NCBI GenBank assembly: GCA_043804895.1
Contig: JAZDIN010000001.1
Coordinates: 1 to 48,209 of the forward strand
Direction of reading: 5' to 3'
Source of the DNA: Candidatus Altiarchaeota archaeon
GTDB taxonomy: Archaea; Altiarchaeota; Altiarchaeia; IMC4; SCGC-AAA252-I15
DNA length: 48,209 nucleotides
How positions within the stretch are numbered: position 1 is the stretch's first letter; the number at the start of each line of letters is the position of its first letter. A program made the position numbers and the translations under genes. Below are positions 9,385 to 17,484 of the stretch, in pieces. The notes under the pieces were generated by a model that saw only the letters and a list, made by a program, of their open reading frames with translations, did not search any database and was not told the DNA's origin.

Positions 9385-10050
9385 TCACTTGTAGTATTCG
9401 TTGTATGTGTATTCCCACCCTTCCACGACAATGCCTTCGTTTTTCAGGGTTTCCCAGAACGGCGGGTTATCCTTCTTTATGTCCATGAATTTAAAGTAGT
9501 CCGTCACTGTCTGGTTGACTTCCACATCATATTCCATCTCTAACGTGTGGAACACGCTCGAGTAATCTGGAAGGGGAATGTGTCTTATCTTGTTCATCGG
9601 GGTGTCTACGACCATCAAATCGATGTCGCTCCTCTTCTTCGCCTCCAGTCTCGCATAACTGCCATAAAGTACGAGTATGTATGGGTGAGCCTTCTCGACG
9701 GCGGTTTTAAGCATCTTGTAGACGATAGGGTAATGATTCGCAAACTCCATCAGCTTGAAGAAATTGCATTGCAAATAGGCCATGGAGGCGGGGATGGTGT
9801 ATGGGTCTATCCTGTAGAGGTTCACCTTCCCGACCTTTTCTTCGGCTACTATCCTGTCTTTGGTTAGGGTCTTCAAGCTCCGGTAGACCGGCTCGTATGT
9901 GAACCCTGTCGCGTCCATGATCTCCTGTATGGTCATGGTTTTGGCTTCCGGGAAGAACGATGTTAAAAGCAGGTAGTCTGTGCCGTTGTACGGCGAATCC
10001 CAGCTGCCGAATCCATACTTCCTCAAAGGCCTCTTAGGCTTCATAGACAC
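9385..10050 (-). CDS. wHTH-fused minimal nucleotidyltransferase (MNT antitoxin)
   Basis: YGSYAR-x7-DID (GSx10DxD) and an N-terminal HTH (TIQEIMDATGFTYEPVYRSLKTL). Confidence 0.87.
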   Translation of the reverse strand: MSMKPKRPLRKYGFGSWDSPYNGTDYLLLTSFFPEAKTMTIQEIMDATGFTYEPVYRSLKTLTKDRIVAEEKVGKVNLYRIDPYTIPASMAYLQCNFFKLMEFANHYPIVYKMLKTAVEKAHPYILVLYGSYARLEAKKRSDIDLMVVDTPMNKIRHIPLPDYSSVFHTLEMEYDVEVNQTVTDYFKFMDIKKDNPPFWETLKNEGIVVEGWEYTYNEYYK

Positions 10051-10058
10051 AACTCTCT

Positions 10059-10084
10059 TTTATCCAATAGACCTATTGGATAAA
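10059..10084. promoter_or_regulatory. Palindromic operator upstream of the MNT-HEPN operon
   Basis: TTTATCCAATAG-AC-CTATTGGATAAA, a perfect 12-2-12 palindrome 8 nt from the start codon. Confidence 0.72.
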
Positions 10085-10269
10085 CAAGATTAAAAAGGAA
10101 TCACCATAATACAAAAACCCAACCCGAAGCCACAAGAAGAAGAACAAGAACTGAAAGTGCAACGAGTTTCCCCCACTCTCCCGCACGACTATCAAAAAAC
10201 ACCCACAATTTATGCAACACAGCATGTTTTATACTAAAATGCCGCATATGTTATGCATAGGTGTGCATC

Positions 10270-10518
10270 ATGAGGACTACTTTGGCGTTTGATGGCGTGG
10301 CTGAGATGATCTTAGGTAAGGCAGTGGATGTCGGCTTGGCGAGGAGTCGGACTGACGCATTGCGTATGGGTATTTTCGCACTGAATCGGGAGTATTCGCT
10401 GGTTAAAGACATTGGGGTTGAGCTTGCCGCTAAAAAAATGCAAGATGAGGAGAATCAGATGAATGCTGCCGGGGAGGAGTATATTTCTGAGAAAGAGGCG
10501 CTGCGTAAGTACCGGTGA
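10270..10518 (+). CDS. Putative RHH-type antitoxin
   Basis: Beta-strand MRTTL followed by helices (GLARSRTDALRMG). GTGA overlap with the RelE-like gene. Confidence 0.7.
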   Translation: MRTTLAFDGVAEMILGKAVDVGLARSRTDALRMGIFALNREYSLVKDIGVELAAKKMQDEENQMNAAGEEYISEKEALRKYR

Positions 10519-10793
10519 GTATTTTGGAACTCACTCTCTGGACTATCAGATTCAAGCCGGATTGGGACCGGCATTTTAAGAAATTCGACAAAACAACACA
10601 GGAGGTCATACTGAAGAAGCTGAGTCAGATGAAGCAGCCTCTCCACGCGCGCCACTTACACTCTATTCGATACCAGGTTGAAGAAGTTGGGCAGTACAGG
10701 ATAGCATTCATCCAAGACGAAAATACGCTCACTAAAAGCATACACTTCATAGGAAACCACAAACAATACGAAAACTGGTACAAAAACCAATAG
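10515..10793 (+). CDS. RelE/ParE-like toxin
   Basis: W.I.F...WDRHFKKFDK..Q..I.KK, VGQYRI and HFIGNH. Confidence 0.72.
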   Translation: MSILELTLWTIRFKPDWDRHFKKFDKTTQEVILKKLSQMKQPLHARHLHSIRYQVEEVGQYRIAFIQDENTLTKSIHFIGNHKQYENWYKNQ

Positions 10794-10950
10794 GACATCA
10801 ACAGGAAAATGGGCGCGTTGACGTGGAAACACGTGTGTCCGAACGCCCCGGACGGAGTATGCGATGACGCATAAGGTGGTCTAGGCGATGGGGGCTGGGT
10901 ATTTATATCCGGCCGCCCATATAATTTTTAAAATATTTTTTATATTTAAA

Positions 10951-11214
10951 ATGGAAATTGAGTTTACGAGGCCGTCTGCGAGCGGTCAGGTTGTGATTCC
11001 GAAGGCGTTGAGGCGCGAGATGAATATCACCACAGATGATAGGTTTTTGGTTTTTGGAGAGAAGGACACTCTCGTCTTCAAGAGGATTGAGAAGCCCGCA
11101 GTCAAGCAGTCCTTTGACGAGCTGGCGGCCGACCTAAGGAAGGGTGCTAAAGAGGCTGGGCTTACTCGCAAGGACGTAGCCGACGCAATCAAGTGGGCTA
11201 GGGCTAGGAAATGA
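10951..11214 (+). CDS. AbrB/MazE/SpoVT family antitoxin (VapB-like)
   Basis: SASGQVVIPKALRREMNI motif. ATG at 10951. Confidence 0.88.
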   Translation: MEIEFTRPSASGQVVIPKALRREMNITTDDRFLVFGEKDTLVFKRIEKPAVKQSFDELAADLRKGAKEAGLTRKDVADAIKWARARK

Positions 11215-11636
11215 ATCTGAAGGTCGTTTTCGACACAAACACCCTCATATCAGGCCTGCTTTTCTGGGGGAACGAGGCCGACCTGCTCAGGGTTGTTGAT
11301 GAAGGGGCTGTCAAACTGTGTGTGTCTGATGAAATGCTCAGGGAGTTGGATAGGGTTTTGAGCTACGAGAGAATTAAGCGCTACGTTGACTTGTCAGGTC
11401 GCAGCAAGGAAGAGTATCTTGAGAAAATCGTTCATTTGGCTGAGTTGGTTCATCCGAAAAACCACGTTCATGTAGTTGCCGCTGACCCTTCAGACAATCA
11501 CATACTCGAATGCGCGGTCGAAGCCGGCGCGGAATACATCGTCTCAGGCGATAGTCACCTCCTGGAGCTCAAATCCTACAAGGGGGTCCGGGTGGTGTCG
11601 TCTAAGCGGATGCTTGAAGTCCTCGGGAAAAATTAA
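11211..11636 (+). CDS. PIN domain toxin (VapC-like)
   Basis: VVFDTNTLIS, DPSDNHILECAV and IVSGDSHLL. Confidence 0.9.
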   Translation: MNLKVVFDTNTLISGLLFWGNEADLLRVVDEGAVKLCVSDEMLRELDRVLSYERIKRYVDLSGRSKEEYLEKIVHLAELVHPKNHVHVVAADPSDNHILECAVEAGAEYIVSGDSHLLELKSYKGVRVVSSKRMLEVLGKN

Positions 11637-11800
11637 ACGTCAATGCCTACCCCAAAAACACACCAGGCAAACCGGTATTCGGCCTCACCCTCCGGGCGTT
11701 GCATTCATTGATTGTGGGACGGAAAGTGGCGAGGAAGCCATAAACAGTTAGGCACTACATTTGTTTTATCGTGGGTTTCTCCCCTGATACTATGGGGCTT

Positions 11801-11807
11801 TTTATAT
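11801..11807 (+). promoter_or_regulatory. TATA box of the histone gene (leaderless)
   Basis: TTTATAT ends 19 nt upstream of ATG 11827. Confidence 0.55.
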
Positions 11808-11826
11808 CTACCGCCTATCTTTAACT

Positions 11827-11994
11827 ATGACAGATTTGGTCGTTAAATCAAAGGTTAAGGAGTACGCGAAGGATGTGAGTGTTGGAGCTGACTTCTATGA
11901 AGCGCTGAGCGAAGAAGTCGCGGGACTGATAGACAAAGCCAAAAAACGGTGCAAAGACAACAACCGCAGCACACTCAAAGCCCGAGACCTGTAA
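11827..11994 (+). CDS. Short histone-fold protein (DUF1931-like/face-to-face type), 55 aa, missing from the ORF track
   Basis: MTDLVVKSKVKEYAKDVSVGADFYEALSEEVAGLIDKAKKRCKDNNRSTLKARDL contains the histone RxTxxxxD motif and a truncated alpha3 helix. Confidence 0.88.
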   Translation: MTDLVVKSKVKEYAKDVSVGADFYEALSEEVAGLIDKAKKRCKDNNRSTLKARDL

Positions 11995-12019
11995 GGTTAT
12001 TACCCAAGAAACGTGGATG

Positions 12020-12061
12020 GTGGGCGGATGAGAATAATCCGCCCACTCACTCCCTCTTTTT
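12020..12061 (+). terminator. GC-rich hairpin plus pyrimidine/T tract after the histone gene
   Basis: GTGGGCGGAT-N7-ATCCGCCCAC followed by TCACTCCCTCTTTTT. Confidence 0.6.
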
Positions 12062-12082
12062 ACCCAGTTCGTATTAATCTCT

Positions 12083-12460
12083 GTGGTGTCTGTTGGTAAT
12101 GTTGGGGTGATTTTGAACGTGTTGAATGTCGTTCGCCCCAGAAGCAAAAGCAGCTTCCACGTGCGATTCTGTGCCGAAGGCTCTGGCAAGAAGGTGGAGT
12201 TGGATAAGCTTGGGGAGGAAATCTACTTCTACCTAGACAACCATGATGCCCTGCCAAACAACGCTGAACTGTGGGATACGGTGGATGTGCTCCTTAAAGG
12301 CTTCCCCGTCTTCCACTTCCAGGTGACAAAAAATGAGGGGAAAGTTGAATTATCCACTCACATACTTGAAACCAACGAAAAAATAGCGGAGGCCGTGGAC
12401 GCCATATTCCGCGAAGGATACAAACTCGGCGCAAACTACACCCTAATAATCAACCCCTAA
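12083..12460 (+). CDS. Hypothetical protein
   Basis: A 125 aa ORF filling the gap before RuBisCO. No recognised motif. Confidence 0.65.
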   Translation: MVSVGNVGVILNVLNVVRPRSKSSFHVRFCAEGSGKKVELDKLGEEIYFYLDNHDALPNNAELWDTVDVLLKGFPVFHFQVTKNEGKVELSTHILETNEKIAEAVDAIFREGYKLGANYTLIINP

Positions 12461-12509
12461 TTAGGGTGTGGTTGTCTGCGCCTTTAAACTATCGTTCCAA
12501 ATATCTCCC

Positions 12510-13778
12510 ATGGCCGATGGTTACGTTGATTTGGGTTATTCGCCTGCGGAAAGTGATCTCGTCTGTCTTTTTTACATTGAGCCTGCTTCGGGTTTGTCTC
12601 TTGAGGAGGCCGCGGTTCATGTGACTGCCGAATCCAGCATCGGCACTTGGACTGACATCTGTACGATGAAGGAGTCGATATGGAGGAAGTTGAAGCCTAG
12701 CGTGTTTGGCATCGACGAGTCAACAGGCCTTGTTAAGGTTGCATACCCCCTCGAACTGTTCGAGCTTGGTAGCGTTCCGCAGTTCATGTCCAGTGTGACA
12801 GGAAACATCTACGGGATGAAGGCGATAGAAAACCTACGGTTCATGGACATGACATTACCGAAGAGATACGTCAAATCTTTCCCAGGACCCGAGCACGGAA
12901 TCAAGGGCATAAGGAAGCTTCTTGGAGTGAAAGACCGCCCCCTTGTCGGTACAATCATCAAGCCGAAGGTCGGCTTACCCTCGGCTGAACATGCGAAGGT
13001 CGCGTATGAGGCGTGGGTTGGCGGGTGCGACATCGTCAAAGACGATGAGAACCTCACGGACCAGCCTTTCAACAGGTTCGACAAGAGGGTTAAGCTGACG
13101 CTTGCCGCTTTGCGTAAAGCTGAGAAGGAGACTGGCGAGAGGAAAGTCTACATGGCTAATGTGACAGCAGAGACGAATGAGATGGTGAGGAGGATGAAGT
13201 ACGTGAAGAAGAACGGCGGCACATACATGATGGTGGACGTCCTCACAGTTGGCCCCGCCGCCCTCCAGACGCTGAGGGAGGCTAATCCAGGCCTCGTAAT
13301 CCACGCTCACCGCGCGATGCACGCGGCGCTCACCAGGAACAAGAAACACGGAATCACCATGCTCGCGCTATCGAAACTCTACAGGCTAATTGGGATGGAC
13401 CAGCTGCATATTGGAACCGCAGTCGGGAAGATGGAAGGCCCAGCCCAGGAGGTAATAAGCATAAGGGACGAGATAGTCTCGAACGAGGTTTCCGCAACCG
13501 GGGAACGACTACAGCAGAGATGGTATGGAATGAAGTCAGTGTTCCCGGTCTCAAGCGGAGGCCTCCACCCAGGCCACGTCCCACCTCTCATGGAAATAAT
13601 GGGCCGAGACGTCATAATCCAGCTTGGGGGTGGCGTGCATGGTCACCCGAAGGGTACGAGAGCTGGAGCGACCGCGGCAAGGCAGGCAGTCGATGCAGTG
13701 ATGGAAGGGAAGACGCTGGCGGAACATGCGAAAACCCACGCCGAACTTGCCAGAGCTCTTGAAAAGTGGGCGAAATAA
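12510..13778 (+). CDS. rbcL: Form III ribulose-1,5-bisphosphate carboxylase
   Basis: AESSIGTW, KPKVG, catalytic DIVKDDE, HAHRAMH, loop 6 VGKMEG, SSGG and GGG. ATG at 12510 lies downstream of TTTAAA. Confidence 0.96.
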   Translation: MADGYVDLGYSPAESDLVCLFYIEPASGLSLEEAAVHVTAESSIGTWTDICTMKESIWRKLKPSVFGIDESTGLVKVAYPLELFELGSVPQFMSSVTGNIYGMKAIENLRFMDMTLPKRYVKSFPGPEHGIKGIRKLLGVKDRPLVGTIIKPKVGLPSAEHAKVAYEAWVGGCDIVKDDENLTDQPFNRFDKRVKLTLAALRKAEKETGERKVYMANVTAETNEMVRRMKYVKKNGGTYMMVDVLTVGPAALQTLREANPGLVIHAHRAMHAALTRNKKHGITMLALSKLYRLIGMDQLHIGTAVGKMEGPAQEVISIRDEIVSNEVSATGERLQQRWYGMKSVFPVSSGGLHPGHVPPLMEIMGRDVIIQLGGGVHGHPKGTRAGATAARQAVDAVMEGKTLAEHAKTHAELARALEKWAK

Positions 13779-13820
13779 CAGTTATGGCCCTCATTTAATA
13801 CATCCTATGCAATATTAATT

Positions 13821-14488
13821 GTGGGCCTTGCGATAGATAGTCTAAAAGATGCACTTGAATATTTTATAAAAAGCAGAGAAATCCATCACTATGTCTTATA
13901 GCATCTTTAATATTAGCCTCAATTATAACGAACAATAATGTCTTTATACATCTTTTAATCTCCCTCGCTTTTAGTTTTCTTGTCTGGAATCTGTTTAAGA
14001 AAGACTACTATGTAACTTTCCTAAAAAAATATGCTGTAAGAGTATTCTTAATTTATCTGATGCTTGGATTTGTCATGGCGGTCTTTCTTATTTTTGCATA
14101 TCTGTTGACACAGTTTTTAGGCTTGTTTATAGGCGGTATCATAGTGTTAATCACCTTCTACTGGCTATTCACAAGGTTCTACCTTTCAGTACCTATCCTA
14201 ATATTTGAGGATTCTAAACCTGTCGACTCCATTAACAAATCCATTTATATGACAAAAGGGAGGGTAATATCCTTAATAGCTGTAACATTCATCCCCCTAA
14301 TACTCTACTTCATACCCTCCATTCTAACTAACGTAATAGTGATACTAACAGGTATCACAGCCCTAGGCTTTATCAACACTGTGTTAGAAAGTAGTTACAT
14401 GATTTTTAACCAGGTGCTTCTTGTTATGGTATACAAGAACATCTCAGAGAATATTCCCCCCCACCATAGGCACCCCAAGAAAGAGTAA
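13821..14488 (+). pseudogene. AT-rich membrane protein gene, apparently frameshifted near 13870
   Basis: The GTG 13821 frame (MGLAIDSLKDALEYFIKS..) stops at 13901. The frame of ORF 14060-14488 is open back to 13859 (..RNPSLCLIASLILAS..) with no ATG/GTG/TTG start before 14060. Confidence 0.55.
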
Positions 14489-14489
14489 C

Positions 14490-14801
14490 CTACGCCAATG
14501 GTATTCCTGGCGGCCTTTCCAAGATTTCCTGCTCCTCAGCCCTAATCAGCTCGTCGAGGTGTTTGTTTTCATGTCTCCATATGGTGATGCTCATCAGAGC
14601 TGAAAGGAGTATGACCATCAGGAACATGAGCCCTATGATCCCGGCAGCTATCACTAGGCTGATCTCCTTCTGGGTGTATATTATTGCGGTCGACACCATC
14701 CCAGCGATGAAACACAGGGAGAACACGACGAACATGCTCCTGTAGTAGTCCCAGTAGATTCGGCTTCGCTCGAGGCTGACGGCAAAGATCTTGTCGTCCA
14801 T
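14490..14801 (-). CDS. Small two-TM membrane protein
   Basis: Two hydrophobic helices, 15 nt downstream of priL. Confidence 0.7.
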   Translation of the reverse strand: MDDKIFAVSLERSRIYWDYYRSMFVVFSLCFIAGMVSTAIIYTQKEISLVIAAGIIGLMFLMVILLSALMSITIWRHENKHLDELIRAEEQEILERPPGIPLA

Positions 14802-14816
14802 ACTACACTATTCCCC

Positions 14817-15794
14817 CTACCTCTTAATAACCTTCGGCTTCCTCCTCGCATGCTGCCTGTAGTACTGCAGGGGATGCTTGACATTGCACTCTGCCTTGCA
14901 AAGTCCGTGCGATTTTATAGTCGCGCACGTCGGGCACGTGTACTCGGTCACTCCCCTCTCCCCTCTTATGAACCCAAGCTGGTAAAGTGTCTTCTCCTCG
15001 TCGTATTTCGGCGAACGCGCGAAGACGGCATTTATATCCTCCTTCTTGAGACCGAGGTTCGCCAGGAAGGTGGCGAGTATGAACATCCCGTTGTGGGATG
15101 CGATTCCGTTCTCCATTGCAGCTGTTATGGACTTGATGCATGACGGCAGCGCATCATCCTCGAGATTCTCCACCTTTATTGTCGCCTTCTCGCCAGTCAG
15201 TGCCGTCTTCAGGTTCGCTGCCTCCCTCTTCACCTCCTGCGGGACCTTCTTCAAGTCGACAGGCTCAAGGACTCGGTGTTTTACAGCCTCCCTCAACAGC
15301 GTCCTTGCCTCCTCAGCCTCGACTTCGATGATTCCCCTCTCAACGACCCTGTTCACAAGCTTCCACTTCGGGTTATGCCTGCTCAGTGACGAGGCCAGTC
15401 TGGTGTATTGGAGGAATGGCATCGAACCCCCCTTAACTCCAAGGTCCTCCGCTATCTCAGAGAATGCCTCCCCCATTTCTCCCTCCATCATAGCATACGC
15501 TGCCTCGGCTTCGCCGTCAGCGTACTTTGATGCCACTGACTGGCTAACAGAATGCGCTATCATCCTTGCGAGAGGATAGCTTAGAATAACCAGATCAAGT
15601 CTATCCTCCTCCAACTCCGGTTTGAACTTCCTCTCAAGGCAGTCTCTGACCCGCCCCACCCCCAACTCAAGTGCTGCTGAGTATATGGGGTGCTTCAGCA
15701 CATCCTCAAATGAGAGGTTCAAGCTGGAGACGTACTCCCTTGTCCTTTTGAGGAAGGGGTATTTAGCAAGGAACTTCAACTCCCCGGGCTTCAT
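14817..15794 (-). CDS. priL: DNA primase large subunit
   Basis: LAKYPFL, WKLVNR, LPSCI and the Fe-S region Y.CPTC....GLC...C...HPLQYY. Confidence 0.93.
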   Translation of the reverse strand: MKPGELKFLAKYPFLKRTREYVSSLNLSFEDVLKHPIYSAALELGVGRVRDCLERKFKPELEEDRLDLVILSYPLARMIAHSVSQSVASKYADGEAEAAYAMMEGEMGEAFSEIAEDLGVKGGSMPFLQYTRLASSLSRHNPKWKLVNRVVERGIIEVEAEEARTLLREAVKHRVLEPVDLKKVPQEVKREAANLKTALTGEKATIKVENLEDDALPSCIKSITAAMENGIASHNGMFILATFLANLGLKKEDINAVFARSPKYDEEKTLYQLGFIRGERGVTEYTCPTCATIKSHGLCKAECNVKHPLQYYRQHARRKPKVIKR

Positions 15795-15819
15795 GGTGAA
15801 TTATACGTCACCGTGGCAT

Positions 15820-16683
15820 TTAAGGAATCATCCCCTTGACAGCCTCAAACTTCCCTAACACAAAATCGGCGGTCCAAGTCGCTAATACGTATCCCCCGTT
15901 CAGGACGCGCTTAAACATTATAAGGCGCTTATTATCCTCTGGCTTAATCGCGACAGGCACGTACGCGTCCTGCTCAACCACCTCATCATCCTTGATGGCA
16001 TCCTCCCTGTAGGCGGTCTCATAAACGCCAGTCGATATCAGATGGGACGTGAAAACAGCCCCATAGAAGTCGCTCCAAACGCTCCCGTCATAGACTTGCA
16101 TCTCGGCCCTGTAGTTTCCAGGCCTAACGATCTTGTACATCACAGATGATCCTTCGAATTCCCTATCCAACACCACGGATTGGAACACTCTCTCTGTTAT
16201 GTCGGTTATCTTAAGCCTTGACTTTACGACCTGCCTGTTGTCCGCGTCCTCGGTTGCGATAAAGTAGCGACTGTTCAACCCTACCAACATGTTACTCACC
16301 TCCAGACGCTTCACTAAAGGCCTCCAGTGGCTCAGGTAATTCAACCTGACCTTGAATTGCGTCTCAGATTCAGCGCCGAACTTTATCCTGTTGCAGCCGA
16401 GCTTAATATCATATGTCTCATAACTCACTCCACTGTAAGCGACCTCAGAGTCGAACTGGTGTATCTTACCGTTTATCCTCACCCACGGCTTGACAGTCGG
16501 AACTTCACCGTCGTTTATGATAGTTATTGTCTGGTTTGTCGGGTCGACCTCCCCCTCCACGCAGACTATAACATCCCCCTCAACCTTCGGGTATTTTGTG
16601 AACGTGTAACCTGTTGTGGAATATGTCATGAAACTGAACGAAAAAAGCAGTATGAACGCGGTAAAAAGGATCAGCGGCCTCAT
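15820..16683 (-). CDS. Secreted beta-rich (Ig/PKD-like) hypothetical protein
   Basis: Signal-like N-terminus MRPLILFTAFILLFSFSF and PGNYRAEMQVYDG. The start is uncertain. Confidence 0.6.
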   Translation of the reverse strand: MRPLILFTAFILLFSFSFMTYSTTGYTFTKYPKVEGDVIVCVEGEVDPTNQTITIINDGEVPTVKPWVRINGKIHQFDSEVAYSGVSYETYDIKLGCNRIKFGAESETQFKVRLNYLSHWRPLVKRLEVSNMLVGLNSRYFIATEDADNRQVVKSRLKITDITERVFQSVVLDREFEGSSVMYKIVRPGNYRAEMQVYDGSVWSDFYGAVFTSHLISTGVYETAYREDAIKDDEVVEQDAYVPVAIKPEDNKRLIMFKRVLNGGYVLATWTADFVLGKFEAVKGMIP

Positions 16684-16771
16684 CCATCCGCCGGATTCAT
16701 ACGCTCCCCGCACTATCATGTTATTACATACCCCCCATGCCTTTTTATTTGTACTCCAAAGAGTTAATACG

Positions 16772-16990
16772 ATGGTAAAGGACAAGCACGCCCACATAGG
16801 CCACATCGCAGGCCTCATCTACCACTGCCTTGAGAGGAAAGGCAAGCCCATGTCTCTTTTGGATGTCTCCCTCACAATAAGGAAATGCCCGGTTGATGTC
16901 CTTCTTGCCCTCGGCTGGCTTAGCAGAGAGGGAAAAGTCAGGATTTGGAGGGAACTAATCGCAATCATGGCTGAACTGAAAAAACACTGA
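16772..16990 (+). CDS. Small winged-helix protein (DUF2582-like)
   Basis: IGHIAGLIYHCL...LALGWLSREGKV pattern. Confidence 0.8.
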   Translation: MVKDKHAHIGHIAGLIYHCLERKGKPMSLLDVSLTIRKCPVDVLLALGWLSREGKVRIWRELIAIMAELKKH

Positions 16991-17025
16991 CTCATCCTTA
17001 TTTACCCTATAGTGGAATATTCTAT

Positions 17026-17484
17026 GTGGCCCCCCAGAAGACCTGCTCCGATAAGGTGCTTGCAGTTGTTGAGGCGTTGAGGGCTGAGAGGGAAATCGGA
17101 TTATCAAGGCTTGAGGAGTTGGTTGGGGACTCTAAGGGGGAAGTCGCCAACCTGATGGAGCGGCTCTCCTACGCTAAGCTTGTGAACGACTCACTGGTAG
17201 CGACGCCACATATAGATGGCAAGGCCACGCCAGAGGAGGTGGCGCTCGTAGGGGAGTACCTACTCGGCTCTTCGGAGGCTCCATCCTATCGAAGGCTAAT
17301 GGACTCCCTCCTCCCCAACTGCCCTACGCCCCCCTTCGGGGGTGCGGAACAGTTCCCCCCCCAAAATGAAAATAAAATCAAGGTCGAGGTTGACCCTGAG
17401 GTGGTTAAGAAGTACGCTAAGGAATATCTGGATGTGAAAGAAATCGCAGACAGGCAGAAGCTCCAGAAGGGTGGCGGCAAATGA
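17026..17484 (+). CDS. Hypothetical protein with possible N-terminal HTH
   Basis: 152 aa ORF with an ATGA overlap with the next gene. Confidence 0.6.
   Translation: MAPQKTCSDKVLAVVEALRAEREIGLSRLEELVGDSKGEVANLMERLSYAKLVNDSLVATPHIDGKATPEEVALVGEYLLGSSEAPSYRRLMDSLLPNCPTPPFGGAEQFPPQNENKIKVEVDPEVVKKYAKEYLDVKEIADRQKLQKGGGK

Noticed and set aside
11637-11800. tRNA or ncRNA as the integration site of the TA island
   Set aside because: No cloverleaf or T-loop GTTCRA, only short weak stems.
12510-13778. RuBisCO-like protein (form IV) or a Calvin cycle
   Set aside because: Catalytic and loop 6 residues match true form III, and there is no small subunit or PRK in the window.
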